From NCBI RefSeq assembly GCF_001194135.2, contig NC_069007.1:22013094-22076682 (forward strand): a DNA stretch of 63,589 nucleotides, in the 5' to 3' direction. Origin of the DNA: Octopus bimaculoides (lineage: Eukaryota). A program made the translations under genes and the position numbers. The notes beneath the pieces are model-generated. The model was not told the DNA's origin, did not search any database, and saw only the letters and a list, made by a program, of their open reading frames with translations. The first letter of the stretch is position 1. Every line of letters begins with the position of its first letter. Below, piece after piece: positions 12,829-25,690 of the stretch.

Positions 12829-13243
12829 GTAAGTTGGTCGCTCCAGGCCTTTTCCTTCCCACCAAATCATATCTGTGTACAGACTGTCTCTGTCCTCGTT
12901 AGATGCCTCGTGTCTCTATACATCTATATACACACACATATATATACACACACACGCTAATATACACATGTTTATATATATATATATATAATATATATAT
13001 ACATAAATATACACATAAGTGTATATTTATGTGAGTATAGATCCATATATGTTTGTGTATATATTATATGTGTGTGTGTGTGTGTACACATTGTATACCA
13101 TGGTGACCACATTCTAATGTTTCGTATATATACCTTACGTACCTCAGCGTCTCGCAACCATTCAACAACAAGTATACACAACTTTTATATGTATATATAA
13201 TATACACACACATATTATATATACATATGTACATGTGCGTGTA

Positions 13244-13296
<53 letters not shown>

Positions 13297-13314
13297 CACG
13301 TGTGTTTGTGAAGG

Positions 13315-13358
<44 letters not shown>

Positions 13359-13388
13359 CAAACCTACTCATAATCAAATCATCGCACC

Positions 13389-13426
<38 letters not shown>

Positions 13427-15489
13427 TATACGTATATATATATGTGTGTATATGCCCACACGTCTACGTCTGGTGTGTGTGTGTGTAAATCGACTCAGTA
13501 TATAACGTGGAACAATATGAAATTGACATGCTTTATTAGTAAATATATAAATAAATATGATCCACATAGACACACCGTATTATATTGTGACAGACACACA
13601 CATGACGTTATAATAGACTGGAGTGCACAACGCCATGGCACTCACTCCTCCTTACCTATGGAAGTCACACATCACCACGATGCTATACTAGTTTCTAGTC
13701 ACACTTAAAAGACCATTGACACTATTGTGCTAACTTCGTTCTGCTGTGTATACAATGGTACCACATTTCAGGATCCACCCCTCACTCGGCTATACACAGT
13801 ATTTTCTATATACACTCCACATGCACTCCGATACCATTTTACTAACCCACTCATCGGGGGTTGGGACTTGTTACACTCGCTACACCTTGATACAGTCAGA
13901 AACTGTCATACCACACCATTTTTTTTCTTTCACAATCGTACGGCGAGATATCCCCCATATATATATATATATGAAACGAGAAAAGTCTTCTGGTGTGTAT
14001 ATGTACTGTGATGTCTATATCTATGTATATATCATGTATGTGTGGTGTGTATATTATATACATTATGGGTCTGCACTAATTATTTTATTCAACCTAGTTC
14101 GTGTTCTTTTCTTGCCCATCATTTCCTGTTCGTCTCCGTACACATGTTATCATTTAATGAGATGTACATGTTTTCAATCGTCGCATTTCTATTTACACAT
14201 TTATATTTTTTCTATAATAAAATCGTAGCGGCGGCCGGCATACTTGAGTAACTTTATACCAAAGTTTTTCTGCTTTTCTAATAAGAATTCATAAACAGCT
14301 CACACAACATATAACCTACATTACAAGCTATAAATGTTTTCAAACAGGCACGCGGCCACATTTTGGGGGCGAGGCAACAGTTAATTTAGATCGATTTCTG
14401 TTCGTGATTGTATCGACTCCCCATAAATGGTGAAAGATAGGGTTTAGTGGAAATTTGAACTTTGCATGTAATTAAAAACTGCTTGACATTCTTGTCCCAC
14501 ATACTACATGATCTTAAATAGAAATAGAAAACAAAACGCACACAATCGACGTGATGATTTCTACGGTGTGTGACAGCATTCGATTAAATCGACCACAACA
14601 CTTAACTGGTATTTATTTTTATGGACACCAAGACAAGATGTAAGACAACGGTTTCGTCACCGGCGGGATTTGAACTCTGAAGTGGACATAAAGGGACGTA
14701 ACTAACTACTGTGTGACATTTTTGCCAACGGCTCTACCGACTCTGCCGCTTCCGCAGCCGTTAATAATAATATTAATCATCATCATCCGTTCTGCTAAAT
14801 GCACAAGATCTGAAACTTTGGGGGAGGGGAATAGCCGATTACATTGAACCCCAGTGTTTCACTGGTACTTAATCTGTCGACCCCGAAAGGATAATGATAA
14901 TTTTGTAAGCACAAAACCTGAAGTTTGGGTGAGGGTTAAGTGGATTACATCGGCGCCAGTGCTCAACTGGTACTTTATTTTACCGATCCCGAATGGATAA
15001 AAGGTAAAGTCGACCTCGACCGAATTTGAACTAAGAACGTAAAACCGGAAGGAATTCCACTAAGCATTTTGTCCGGTGTGCTAACGATTCTACTGGCTCA
15101 TACGATTAATAGTAATTCTAATTATGGGGGAACAAGGCTTGACATTGAGAGTGGGGTTAACTGATACCATCAACTCCACTGCTTGTCCGGGTCTGTATTT
15201 TATCGACCCCCCCCCCTCCACAAATAGATGAAATGCAAAGTTGACCTCACCAAGATTTGAACCTAGAATCTTAAAGAGCCGGAAGAAATGCTGCTCCATT
15301 TCTTCTCTATGGACCCCTTTGATTACTATTTTATTCTGGTGAACTCTCATAGTCCTTCAGTGTTTAAAAACTAGTTTTATAGCATCTTCTTTCAAATTTC
15401 CTATTTTATATTTCACACATTAAGTTGTGTAAGTTGATCTCAGTTAGAGAAAGAAACCTCGCTGTTTCTTGCAATACATACCAATACAT

Positions 15490-15610
15490 ACACCTAAAGC
15501 AAAATATTTACAGGGGCCCTTGAAATGCTATTGCGGATACCCCCAATTTACTATTTTGTTGCATGGACACCACAAAGTCTTATATGGATCCCAGTTGAGA
15601 ACCACTGCTC
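15490..15610. mobile_element. hAT-like (CAGTGGTTCTCAAC-terminus) non-autonomous fragment; relatives at ~18890-18995, ~26450-26500, ~54625-54720
   Basis: Shared cccccaatttactattttgttg...tatggacccc(a/g)gttgagaa(c/t)cactg; the terminus is the reverse complement of CAGTGGTTCTCAAC. Confidence 0.5.
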
Positions 15611-17189
15611 CTAAGGATACTGTCAGCCTTAATAACAACTAGGTTATACATCGTCCACACCCACATTCCTTGTCTCGTACTTTCCCTTCCGCTTTTATTA
15701 ATTTTATTATACGCCTTAGCACGAGGGAAGATGTTTTCTCAGCCGATTTAGCAACTGTTGAACATAGACAACAGGAGATGGAAATATAGGGTAATTTAAC
15801 AGAATTAACCCCAGTATTTTACTGGTTATTATGGCACTTTCGCTTCTAAACGAATGAGTCGCCAAGTAACTCCCTATTCAATTTAATAATGGTGATGCTA
15901 AGAGTTAGATATGAAACCTTTTGCCGCGACTCCCATTATATTACTAGCATGATCATTATTTCACATAGATATAGGTTTGCATGCGACGATTTTAAAGTGT
16001 ATGTATGAAGAATGTTATAATAATGTTCATGCTTTTCCCAGAGCGAGATATTAACAACATGAGTGGGAACGGAATCTGTCCCATAACGGGTGATTCCGTT
16101 TGTTGAGAAATCGGCTGTTGTTTTAGTTCGTATCAATCGTAATCAAGTAAATTTAACTTAATGATCAGAGAAATTCCAGTTGTGGCCATTCTGACATTTC
16201 ATGTAATCACAACTATTATTACCCAAGCTATCTTTTTTTAAAATTTTTATGATGGCAGCGTGTGATTTGAGGGAGATTTCTGGCCCGCGATGCGTCAAAG
16301 TGTGAGTGTATGGGAGGTCGTGTTTACGCGTGGGTCTGTCGAGAAAGAAACTATACCAGAAACATCGTACTAAATAGGCGTGGCTGTGGTAAGAAGCTTG
16401 TTTCTCGATCATGTGATCTTGAGTTCAGTCTCCATGCGTGGCACCATGTGTGAGTGTGTGTGCTTGTCCCTACTGCTTGGCAGTCAGTGTTGGTTTGTTT
16501 ACGTTCTCATAACTTAGCGGTTCGGCGAAAAGAGATCGAGAGAATAAGTACTGTAGTCGATTTATTCAACTAAATTCTTCAAGGCAGCGACTCCAGCATG
16601 GCCGCTGGCCAAAGACTGAAACAAATAAAGGATAAAATAAATTGAGTATTTGTCCGATGATTCGTCAGGAGGAATTGTGAGATGTTGTGGCTATCATTCC
16701 CGCTTCACATCCAGGTTTGTTTAAAAATTGAAGGGAAGACATGCAGAAAATTTCATGCTGTTTGTTAGGGCACCCGTTATAATAAGTTCTTAACATTTGC
16801 CCTTGATTAGTTACTTCTTTACTCCCTGGTGCTGCTGATCTTATTACCAGAGGCGTTCCAGACATGACCGTCCCGTCTTTTTTTTTTTTTTTTACTTTGA
16901 GGCATTGTGTACCCAAGATCACATAATCCAATGTTTCATGTTTTTATGGCATCTTTTATCTTTTTACTTGTTTCAGTTATTGGACTGTGACCATGCTGGG
17001 GCACCACCTTGAAGGGTTATAGTTCTATTGGTCCTGTTGTCAAACAGCTAAGTTGCAGGGTTGCTGAAATGCAAACAAACACCAGATGTCAAGCAGTGGT
17101 CACACACAGACACACACACACATGCGTGCACACACATCACCAAGAGCAATTAACCTCTCCAATTGTTGTTCTTTAACCTAGAAGCTTCG

Positions 17190-17410
17190 AGTGGCCCCAT
17201 CCACTGTCAGCATTTTTTGCCAGTCACCTGCTTTGTAATATATTCATTTGAGAACAGTTACCTTCCTACCCTTGCCATTTCTTTTCACTGGAACTTGAAA
17301 AAAAATCAATGAGGGAATCAGCCAAAGAAGAAAGTGTCTGTTCGCAGTTCTTTCAGCCTCGTCCACCTGAGAACCTTTTTTGCTGTCACTACCAGACAGA
17401 GGAAAACTAC
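17190..17410 (-). mobile_element. Tx1-like LINE ORF2 C-terminal fossil
   Basis: Minus strand VFLCLVVTAKKVLRWTRLKELRTDTFFFG*...FFKFQ*K...ARVGR, resembling Tx1/L1-type C-termini (AKxxxWxxR...F) as I recall them from octopus; not verified by search. Confidence 0.45.
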
Positions 17411-18714
17411 TTTGTCTGCCCAGGGCAGCTGGGTTGTCATCACAATGGATTTAGCTGACAGCTGGATCTATCCCATGAGCAAAAGCAGCTGCTCAACATG
17501 ACTCTGCAAACCAGCAATGTCTGAGAAGACGTCAGGCCAAGTAAAATCGCTCTCGTTCATGCATACTGATTTGTCTTTTACAGGTGCTGGGGCCACATAA
17601 AATGCACTTGTGTCAGTTGCTGTGTAAGTGCATCCATACCAGTGGCACATAAAAAGCATCCAGTGCCACTCTGTTAAGTGGTTGGCATTAGGAAGGGCAT
17701 CCAGCCTTAGAAACCATGCTATAACAGACAATTGGAGCCTGCTCAGCTCCTGTTAAACCATCCACCCCATACCAGCATGGGAAATGGACATTAAAGTGTA
17801 TAACACAAAGGGATGGGTATGTATCCTAGCTTATATTACTGTACCTATTATTGATAGAGAGAATAGTGAACAAGATAGGGTAGCGATTGAGATGGGGGTG
17901 GTAGTGGACAAGAGAGAGGGTGGCAAATGAGAGAAGCTGGTATCATTAGAATTGGTTTATCTCTTTTTACTCCCAAACACTCATCATCATTGTTGTTTTA
18001 ATGTTCACTTTCATGATTACATGGGTTGGAGCAAATTTCTTGAGGTGGATTCTTCTATGGCCAGATGCCCTTCTTGCTGCCAACCTTCACTCGTTTCCAA
18101 GTAAGACAATATCTCCCCTAACCAGACAGGTCTCAGAAGATTGGAAACAAGAGGACACCACATGCATGACAATAAGCACTGGTTTATAAGTTTCATAGGA
18201 CGTCAAGGAGACAGCAGTGCACACACACACACACAACACTGTGTGTGTGGGAGACTTCTTTCAATTTTTTGACTGTGGCCATGCTGGGGCACTGCCTTGA
18301 AGGGTTTTAATCAGACACTTGCTGAAGGTGCCGTGGAGTGGGACTGAACCCAAAACCTTGTGATTGAGAAGCAAAAGTCTTTTCACCCAGCCATGCTTGT
18401 GCTTACATCATTTCATTTTTCTTTTAAAGACCCAGTTTATAGAACTTTCAGACATCCCACAGAGCCTCATTTGTTTCTATAACTTGATGCAGTGGACGTC
18501 CAAGACAGCAAACAGGTTTCCGTTTCAAGTTAAAAGTGCATCAATGCATAAACGCCTCCATCACTACAGCAACTGACAAAAGTACAAACGTCAGAACTTG
18601 TTGTTTCTCAGACTACTTTAGATTCATCATCATCATCATCATTAGTAGAAAACCCATGAAGCCAAGTGAAATCATAGTTGTGGGACCTGTGCTGGTGGCA
18701 CATAAAAATAGCTG

Positions 18715-18872
18715 TTACACTCTTGGAGTGGTTGGTGTCAGGAAGGGCATCCAGCCATAGAAACCCTGCCAAATCAGACAGGGAGTCTGGTGCAGCCCCT
18801 CAGCTTACCAGCCCTGGTCAAGCTGTCCAACCCATGCCAGCATGGACAATGGACGTTAAATGATGATGATGA
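18715..18872 (+). mobile_element. Retroposon 3' tail 'family C' (ggaagggcatccagcc...tccaacccatgccagcatgga...(TGA)n); copies near 1430, 4925, 17530, 18000, 20800, 21300, 27170, 47020, 48290, 51420, 54075, 54900
   Basis: Recurrent motif in both orientations ending in (TGA)n/(CAT)n. Confidence 0.8.
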
Positions 18873-19433
18873 CATTTAAAGTAAAATGTTTTCAGGTGCC
18901 TTTAAAATACTACCATTGATCCCCCAATTTACTATTTTGTTGTGTGGACCCGCCCCCACCAAATCTTGTATGGACCCCGGTTGAGAATCACTGGTCGAAA
19001 GGAATGAAACAACTACTTGCAGTACTGCGTGTGTGTGTGTGTGTGTAGTGGAGTGTGTGTGTAAATGTGTTGTTGTAAGTGTTTCACACGAGACTTCCCA
19101 TCTGTGAATAATTTTTCAGCTTGAGTGATAATTGCTTCTAATACAGAGAAAGGGAATTTGGAAGAAGGGGACTTGATAATTATCATATTCTGTGTGTGTA
19201 TGTCCTGGGCCTGTTTGTACAGAAGCCACATTGAATAAAGGATTCAAAAGTATTCGGATTGCGGGACAACATCATTATACAATATGTGGGTGTGTACAGA
19301 TGTATATGAGTGTGCAGGTATGTAAAGTATAGATATGTATATAGGTATGTATATAAGTATGTAGAATATATATATATGCATATAGGTATGTATAATATAT
19401 GTATGATATATGTAGGTTTGTGTAAAGGTATGT

Positions 19434-19522
19434 ATGACCTATATCTGTATATAAGTGTGCATGACCTATATCTGTATATAAGTATTTATGACCTATATCT
19501 GTATATAAGTGTGCGTGACCTA
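19434..19522. repeat. 27-bp minisatellite x3.3
   Basis: atgacctatatctgtatataagt(gtgc/attt) at 19434, 19461, 19488. Confidence 0.85.
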
Positions 19523-19562
19523 TGTAGGTATAGCATGAATGTATAACATAGATGTGTATAAC

Positions 19563-19594
<32 letters not shown>

Positions 19595-19997
19595 GAGGAT
19601 ATGTTGTGGGGAGGGGAAGAAATCCGACAGGGACACATTGTGCATAAGTAGGTTTATGAGGGTGCAAAGGACTGAACCCAAAACCACTTGGTCGCAAAGA
19701 AAGCTTCTTAACCATACATACACCCATGCCTGCGCCTGTTTTAGTTTTAGTTTTAGTTTTTTGCATTTGATTGAATTGTAAATTTGATAGTTTATAACAC
19801 ACACACGCAATACGCCTCTTTCGTTTTCTTTCTACCGAATACACTCAAAAGGTTTCGTCATCCTGATGCTCTTGTAGATGTTTGCCCAAGGTGCCACGAG
19901 TGGGACTGAACTCTAAACTCTGTGATTGAGAAGCAAACTTCTTACCACACCTCTGCCTATATAAAATCAAAACAAACAAAGAACAAACAAACCAATA

Positions 19998-20552
19998 CAG
20001 GGGGCCCAAAAAAGTTTCACCTGTTTTTTATTTTGAAAACTATTGTAGGTTTTTCAATTAATTTTATAGAACAATGATGAATAATAACAACGAATGGAAC
20101 AATGATAACAACGAACGCAAACGGTTCAAACTGTTCTCCATTGTTCTTGATACAAGGAAGCAAACGCAAAGCTGCGACAATCCTTTTGGCACGGTTCCAC
20201 ATTGATTGTGGCGAATTGCTTGTTAATAACACAACAAAGATCAGGAATGGTTTGCGGTTTCTCTTTGTATACCATGTCTTTAAGAACCCCCCACAAGAAG
20301 AAATCCATAGAGGTTAAATCAGGTGAACGTCCTAGCCATTCAATTGGTCCATGCTGTCCATTCAATTGGTCCACACTGTCCACTCCATCTGCCATTAAAA
20401 TTGGTGTCAAGCCATTCATGAACGCAGTTACTCCATGGAGGTTAACTTCCTCCTCCAATACCACATGTGGATCTTCATGACTCCAATACAAACAATTATA
20501 TCTGTTAATGTACAATAAAATAAAAATCAAGCGAAACTTTCTGGATACCCTG
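19998..20552 (-). mobile_element. Internally deleted Tc1/mariner element with both TIRs and TA target duplication
   Basis: Left TA|CAGGGGGCCCAAAAAAGTTTCAC versus right GCGAAACTTTCTGGATACCCTG|TA (imperfect inverted pair). Minus strand encodes WLGRSPDLTSMDFFLWGVLKDMVYKEKPQTIPDL, the WPPRSPDLTPxDFFLWG motif. Confidence 0.88.
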
Positions 20553-20754
20553 TATATATATAAAAATAAAAAACATTCTGTTAATTTATTATGTAAATAT
20601 TAATGATATGTAGGTGAATGCTGTGTACTCCTGTGTTAGCAGTGCACTTAAATCACATGTTAAGGTCTTTATTGATTTTCTATAGAAATTATCGCCAACA
20701 CTGATTTTGTTATGACATTTTGTTAAATTTTTATAGAGATTTCTCCTTTCGTGA

Positions 20755-20783
20755 ACTGTGTATACATTCTTTGGCAGACTCTG
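20755..20783 (-). mobile_element. Isolated Tc1/mariner-type TIR remnant
   Basis: Minus strand reads TA|CAGAGTCTGCCAAAGAATGTATACACA, a typical Tc1-family terminus; partner end not found. Confidence 0.3.
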
Positions 20784-22056
20784 TACATGCATACATGTGT
20801 CTACTCGATGTCATGTGGTTGTTGTAAATAATTGTCACCGTCATACAGGCAGTGTCATTCATTTCCAGTATTCTGTCAGGCCATGGGGAAGCAGGTGAAG
20901 GTTGGCAACAGGAAAGGCACCCAGCCATAGAAAATCTGCACCAGTAAACTCTCTGTGCAAGCAAGCAAGCATTTAAAGGTGGATATTAAATTGATGATGA
21001 TGATGATGATGATATCCGATACATGTTGAGTAAATTTAAGATAGCTCTCAGCAATAGCTTCGAAGTTGCTTCTATCTTCCACAAGGACAAAAAGTCAGCT
21101 GAGAAATAAATGGTGACATCGATTAAGTTATTCGAACTGAAAACAATGGCAACACATCTGTTGACAGAACTTCAGTGAACAGGTCAAAGTTCAAGTGAGC
21201 TGAAATCACATGGTTATATACGGAAAATTTTTTAATTTCATTTTGTATTTTAATATCATTAACATAAATTCTCAAATTTACATTTTTTTTTTTTACGTTT
21301 GTCAGTGAAATTTATCATCATCATCACCATTGTCAGCATTTTAATGACTACTTGTCCATGCTTGCATGGATGGGTCAGATGCAGTTTATCGAAGCAAATT
21401 TTCTACGACCCTTATTTGTTTCAAGGTCACCAACCCATGTCTGTTTCTGTGTCACCGTGTCACCAACTCTTCCCTGTTTTCATACAAGGTAATACTCCCC
21501 CCCACCTATAGCCAAACATGATTTTGCAGAATATTAGAAAGGAATGACATTCAGTTGCAAAAATCATTCAACGTCAAGCTGGGAAAACTAACACATACGT
21601 ACATGTGTGTGTGTGTGTATGTATGTATATATGTATATACATGCATGCATACATACACACACACGCACACACACACATACATGCTCAGACATGTGTATGT
21701 CTCAATACACATATTCAGACACGTGTGCGCAATGGGCTTCTTCCAGTTTCCTGGGATCCGCACTAGCCTCCACTTGTCTGTTTTCTACAGCTGGATGCCC
21801 TCCCTAATGCCAGTTTATTTACAGAATGAACTGTGTTCTCTTTACGTGGTTCCGGTACTTTTTATGTGAATATTGAAGTACAGTGTTCAGCAAAGAGAGA
21901 GCGTTTGACACATGTTACTAGAGGAAGGACAGATGTTACACTTAAGTTTTCCTATTCATGGAGCTGAAGAATTTCTTAGTCTTTCTTCTTATTGAACTAA
22001 GTTTCTAGCCATAATTTTTACAGTTTCATTTGGCAGGTTGTTTTTTTTCTCTTTTC

Positions 22057-22087
<31 letters not shown>

Positions 22088-22247
22088 CTTAGTGATTTAG
22101 TCTCCAACAAGGCTTCAGACCACTATAACATAAGGGACTACAAAGAAGAAAAAAATGGATTAATTTTAAGCTTTTTCTAAAGATTTTCTCATTTACAAAT
22201 AAAATGCCAATTTATGACAACTTTGTAGATTTTTCAAAACTGCTTAA

Positions 22248-22486
22248 CCCTCTAACTGGAATTAAATTTCATCATTATCTTAGTAATGATGTTTAATATC
22301 TACCAAAAACTAGAATTGCTATTTTCTCCAAGTCGCGTTGCTTCAATAAACTTGACATATTTCAGCAAAAATTCGTTTCAAACCTGACATCCCTCAAAAG
22401 ATAGATTGGTATATGAATAAACTGCTTTCCACAGTTAAGGGCAATAAAATTTTGTGTGGATATATCTGATTTCCATGTTAAAGGGG
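22248..22486. mobile_element. Degenerate piggyBac-like MITE
   Basis: TTAA|CCCTCTAACTGGAA ... TTCCATGTTAAAGGGG|TTAA: TTAA flanks, CCC/GGG ends and imperfect TIRs. Confidence 0.4.
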
Positions 22487-23799
22487 TTAAGCTTATAGGC
22501 CTTAAACGTTATGTGTAAATGATATGAAAGTTTTATAAAATAAATTAAAATTCGCATTAACAGATATTGAGTCAGGAAATAAGAAATTTCACTCGTTGCC
22601 ATGTAAATATGGGTCTACAACACATTACATCAGCTTTATGAAAATTAAGAGATAGGATTACAACCAAATGGATTGAAAATGTCGTAATTAACTGAGAAAA
22701 TATGGCCAGAATAGTTGATACTTCCTATGAAAGGGATAATGTTAATGTCATTTATTAGAAATAATGGGTCTTTTGTAAAAAACAAGGCCCAGTACATTTC
22801 TATAATTGTGGGTGTATATAGGGTGTCGTGTCTCCTTGCCTTGGCAGCACATGATCTTTGTGACTGTCACTGTCTTGCATGCAATGTCCGTTTCTGTGAA
22901 AATATGTCTGGTCATAAGGAAATGTTATTACCTTACTTGAAAACAGGTGAAGGTTAGCAACCGGAAGAGCATCGAGTCTTAGAAGATCTGCTTCAACAAA
23001 TTCCATCAGACTCGTTTGTGCATGCAAAGATGGATGTTAAAAGAATGGTGACAGTGAACTTGTGAACTAGCTGTGTAGTTACTTTCTACATCTAACGGTG
23101 TGTGTGTGTGTATATATTATATTATATACTCTTATATCAGTAGAGTGCTTTACCAGAGGGTTTTTAAAAACTACTGAGGAGGCAGTTGGTGGGGAGTGCT
23201 GGAATGTTTATTTAGGAGAGCCTGGTTATTTGATAGTATATACATCACTGTACATGTCTGTCTGTCAGTCTCTCCTTTTTTTTTCTCTTCCTCTACAAGC
23301 CATGTGCAAACCCCCTCCCCTCTGTCTTCATTCAGCCCTTCTCCCTCCCTTCACAAAGCATCTTCACGTGTTTGCAATAGTTTTTCACAGGAACCCTATT
23401 ACCATAGCAACCCTTTCTTGAGGAGAGAGGGTTTTCACTCCCACGTATTTGTTCACACACACACACACACGTATGTATATAGATGTGTGTGTGTATGCAT
23501 AGTGTTTGTGTGTGTGCATGTATATATGTGTGTGTATATATATTGTATGAATATGTATGTGTTATATATGTGTGCATGTGTATGTCTATGCTTCATATAT
23601 GTGTGTGTGTATATATGTGTGTGTATACATATGTACATAAATGCATGTATGTATACAATAAACACTCATGCATTTTCTTACCTGCCTAAATAACATTGTG
23701 TCAACTATACATATATTCATGTGTGTGTGAACATAAAAACACACACATATGCATCCGCTTACTTGCCTGGATAGCACCCTAATATATGCACATATATTA

Positions 23800-23834
<35 letters not shown>

Positions 23835-24224
23835 TAACAATAACAGCTGCAGCAGACCTGCCCCCCTCTCTGTTTCCCCTTAATATGAATCCACTGTCAT
23901 CACAATTAAGCCCTTTACATTTAAATGTCACCCTTTTTTTTTTTTTAGTTATTTCACTCTGCCTTCATTTGAGAGGGTTGTAAGATGTGAGGTTTAAGAA
24001 GCTCATTCTGCAACCACGTGGTTTTGAGTTCAGTCCTACTGTTTGTCACCTAACTTCTTAACCACACAGCCCTTTTGTTAGAAAACATGGGGAGGGGATC
24101 TTTGTAATACACCAACCAACCCGTGGACAGGAGCACCGAGAAGCTACAAAATGTTGAAACCCCACAGTTGTAGGATATCATTTAGACAACAACTGAACCA
24201 ATATGTAATGTAATAGTAACCCTG

Positions 24225-24510
24225 TGTAGTATGATTTTCGTCCTTGGGTAGCAACTGTTATTTCCTCTTTGCTGACCCCTTAGAAAGTATGAAAAATGGC
24301 TAATATTTCCTTCAAACTTTGCTTTTGTTACATTTATTCAAACCCTCAAAGAATCCCTTTCAACACATGGTTATGATGCTCCCCTCTACTCCTGCTCAGA
24401 GATGCACATATTGTCAGCCACTAAGGGACATGCTCAAGTGGTTAAGATCAAGCAATGGACAAGAAACTCTCTGGTATTGAGCAGAATATTTTGCTATAAC
24501 AATATTTCTG
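24225..24510 (+). repeat. Dispersed repeat; further copies ~32540-32700 (+) and ~58600-58865 (-)
   Basis: Shared caacacatgg(c/t)tatgatgctccc...cagagatgc...gtcagccactaaggg...ggtattgagcagaatattt, plus an upstream gggtagcaactgtt...ttagaaagtatgaaaaat block. Confidence 0.8.
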
Positions 24511-24515
24511 CTTCA

Positions 24516-24695
24516 GCAACTCAGTGCAGATTCTGTGTGAAATGTAATGGAAAAATAGGTCAGTTTCAAAACATTGATGTCCAGGTGACAAAAAGCAAAA
24601 TCTGAAGGAAATAATAGTCATTTCCTTTAATTTCTAGATGGAAGCAAATAAGAAATATAACACTTATTGATCAATGACAAAAGGAAAAAAAAAAA
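24516..24695 (+). repeat. Dispersed repeat with A-rich end; second copy 59540-59712 in CerS intron 7
   Basis: gcaactcagtgc...aaataggtcagtttcaaaacattgatgtccaggtgacaaaa...gatggaagcaaataagaaatataacacttattga is near-identical in both copies. Confidence 0.85.
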
Positions 24696-25593
24696 AACGT
24701 TTGTTACAGAAATATAATTAGACCTGTGGACTTAGTCCACAAACACCTCCACCAACAACTAATCCTCTATTTGTTCTTAGACTAATAAGGCATTTGTTAT
24801 ATTAATTGAAAGCTCACAATAAACATGGTTGTCAGGTTTCTTAATAGCACCGTAATCTGTTAAAGTTTACGTTTAAATGCTGTAGCTATGAGAGAGTGGA
24901 TTTTTTAAGAAAAATATTATTTATGAAAGGAGTTCTAAACAAGCAAGCATAGGACAAAATTGAAAAAAAAGAAAGACAGAGCGAATTGTCTTAATTGAAA
25001 GGTTATAAAGTAAAGACAACTAAAGAAACAAACTACTATAAAAATACTATAACAAAAAGAAAGAAAAATAAACCATTTGGAATGTCTTTCTATACCGGTT
25101 CAAAAGTCAGAAGTATGTCAGAAATAAAGCTGAAAATCTAAACACCTAACGTTTTTTTTTTTTCTTCTTTCCTTTATTCTTTCATCTCCTTATCATGGAA
25201 TACAGCCCCAAGAACATGGCTGGTTTGTAGTTTTCTTAAGGGCTGTCAATGAGACATGGACCCTGCAAGCCACACTGCTGGATGTCTGATCTAGGAGGGC
25301 TGCAAGAGTGAACAAGAACAAATACAGTGTGGCAGAACAGACCCCTTTTGCCTGAACTGCTAAGTTATGAAGATGTAAGCAAACCAACACCAGTTGTCAA
25401 GCAGGGGTTGGAGACAAACACAGACACTTACACACATTTGAGCTTCCACACAGTTTCTGTATCCCATATTCACTGAAAATGCTTTGGTTGGCCCTAGACT
25501 ATAGCAGAAGACACTTGCCCAAGGTGCTATGCAGTGGGACTGATCCTGGAACCATGTGGTTGAGAAGCAAGCTTCTTATCACACAGCCATACC

Positions 25594-25595
<2 letters not shown>

Positions 25596-25688
<93 letters not shown>
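25596..25688. repeat. Long perfect (AC)n microsatellite. Others include (CA/TACA)n 330-560, (AAT)n 945-1025, (CAT)n 1240-1390, (TG/TA)n 4135-4550, (AG)n 7860-7911, (GATA)n 9860-9905, (AT)n 10194-10254, (ACT)n(ATT)n 41334-41415, (TG/TA)n 45315-45580
   Basis: Directly visible simple repeats; they generate the HT/VC/YI-repeat ORFs in the track. Confidence 0.95.

Positions 25689-25690
<2 letters not shown>

Noticed and set aside
16068-16100. 9-bp-stem hairpin AACGGAATC...GATTCCGTT
   Set aside because: Short and isolated, with no Helitron-type CTRR end or other support; expected by chance in 63 kb.
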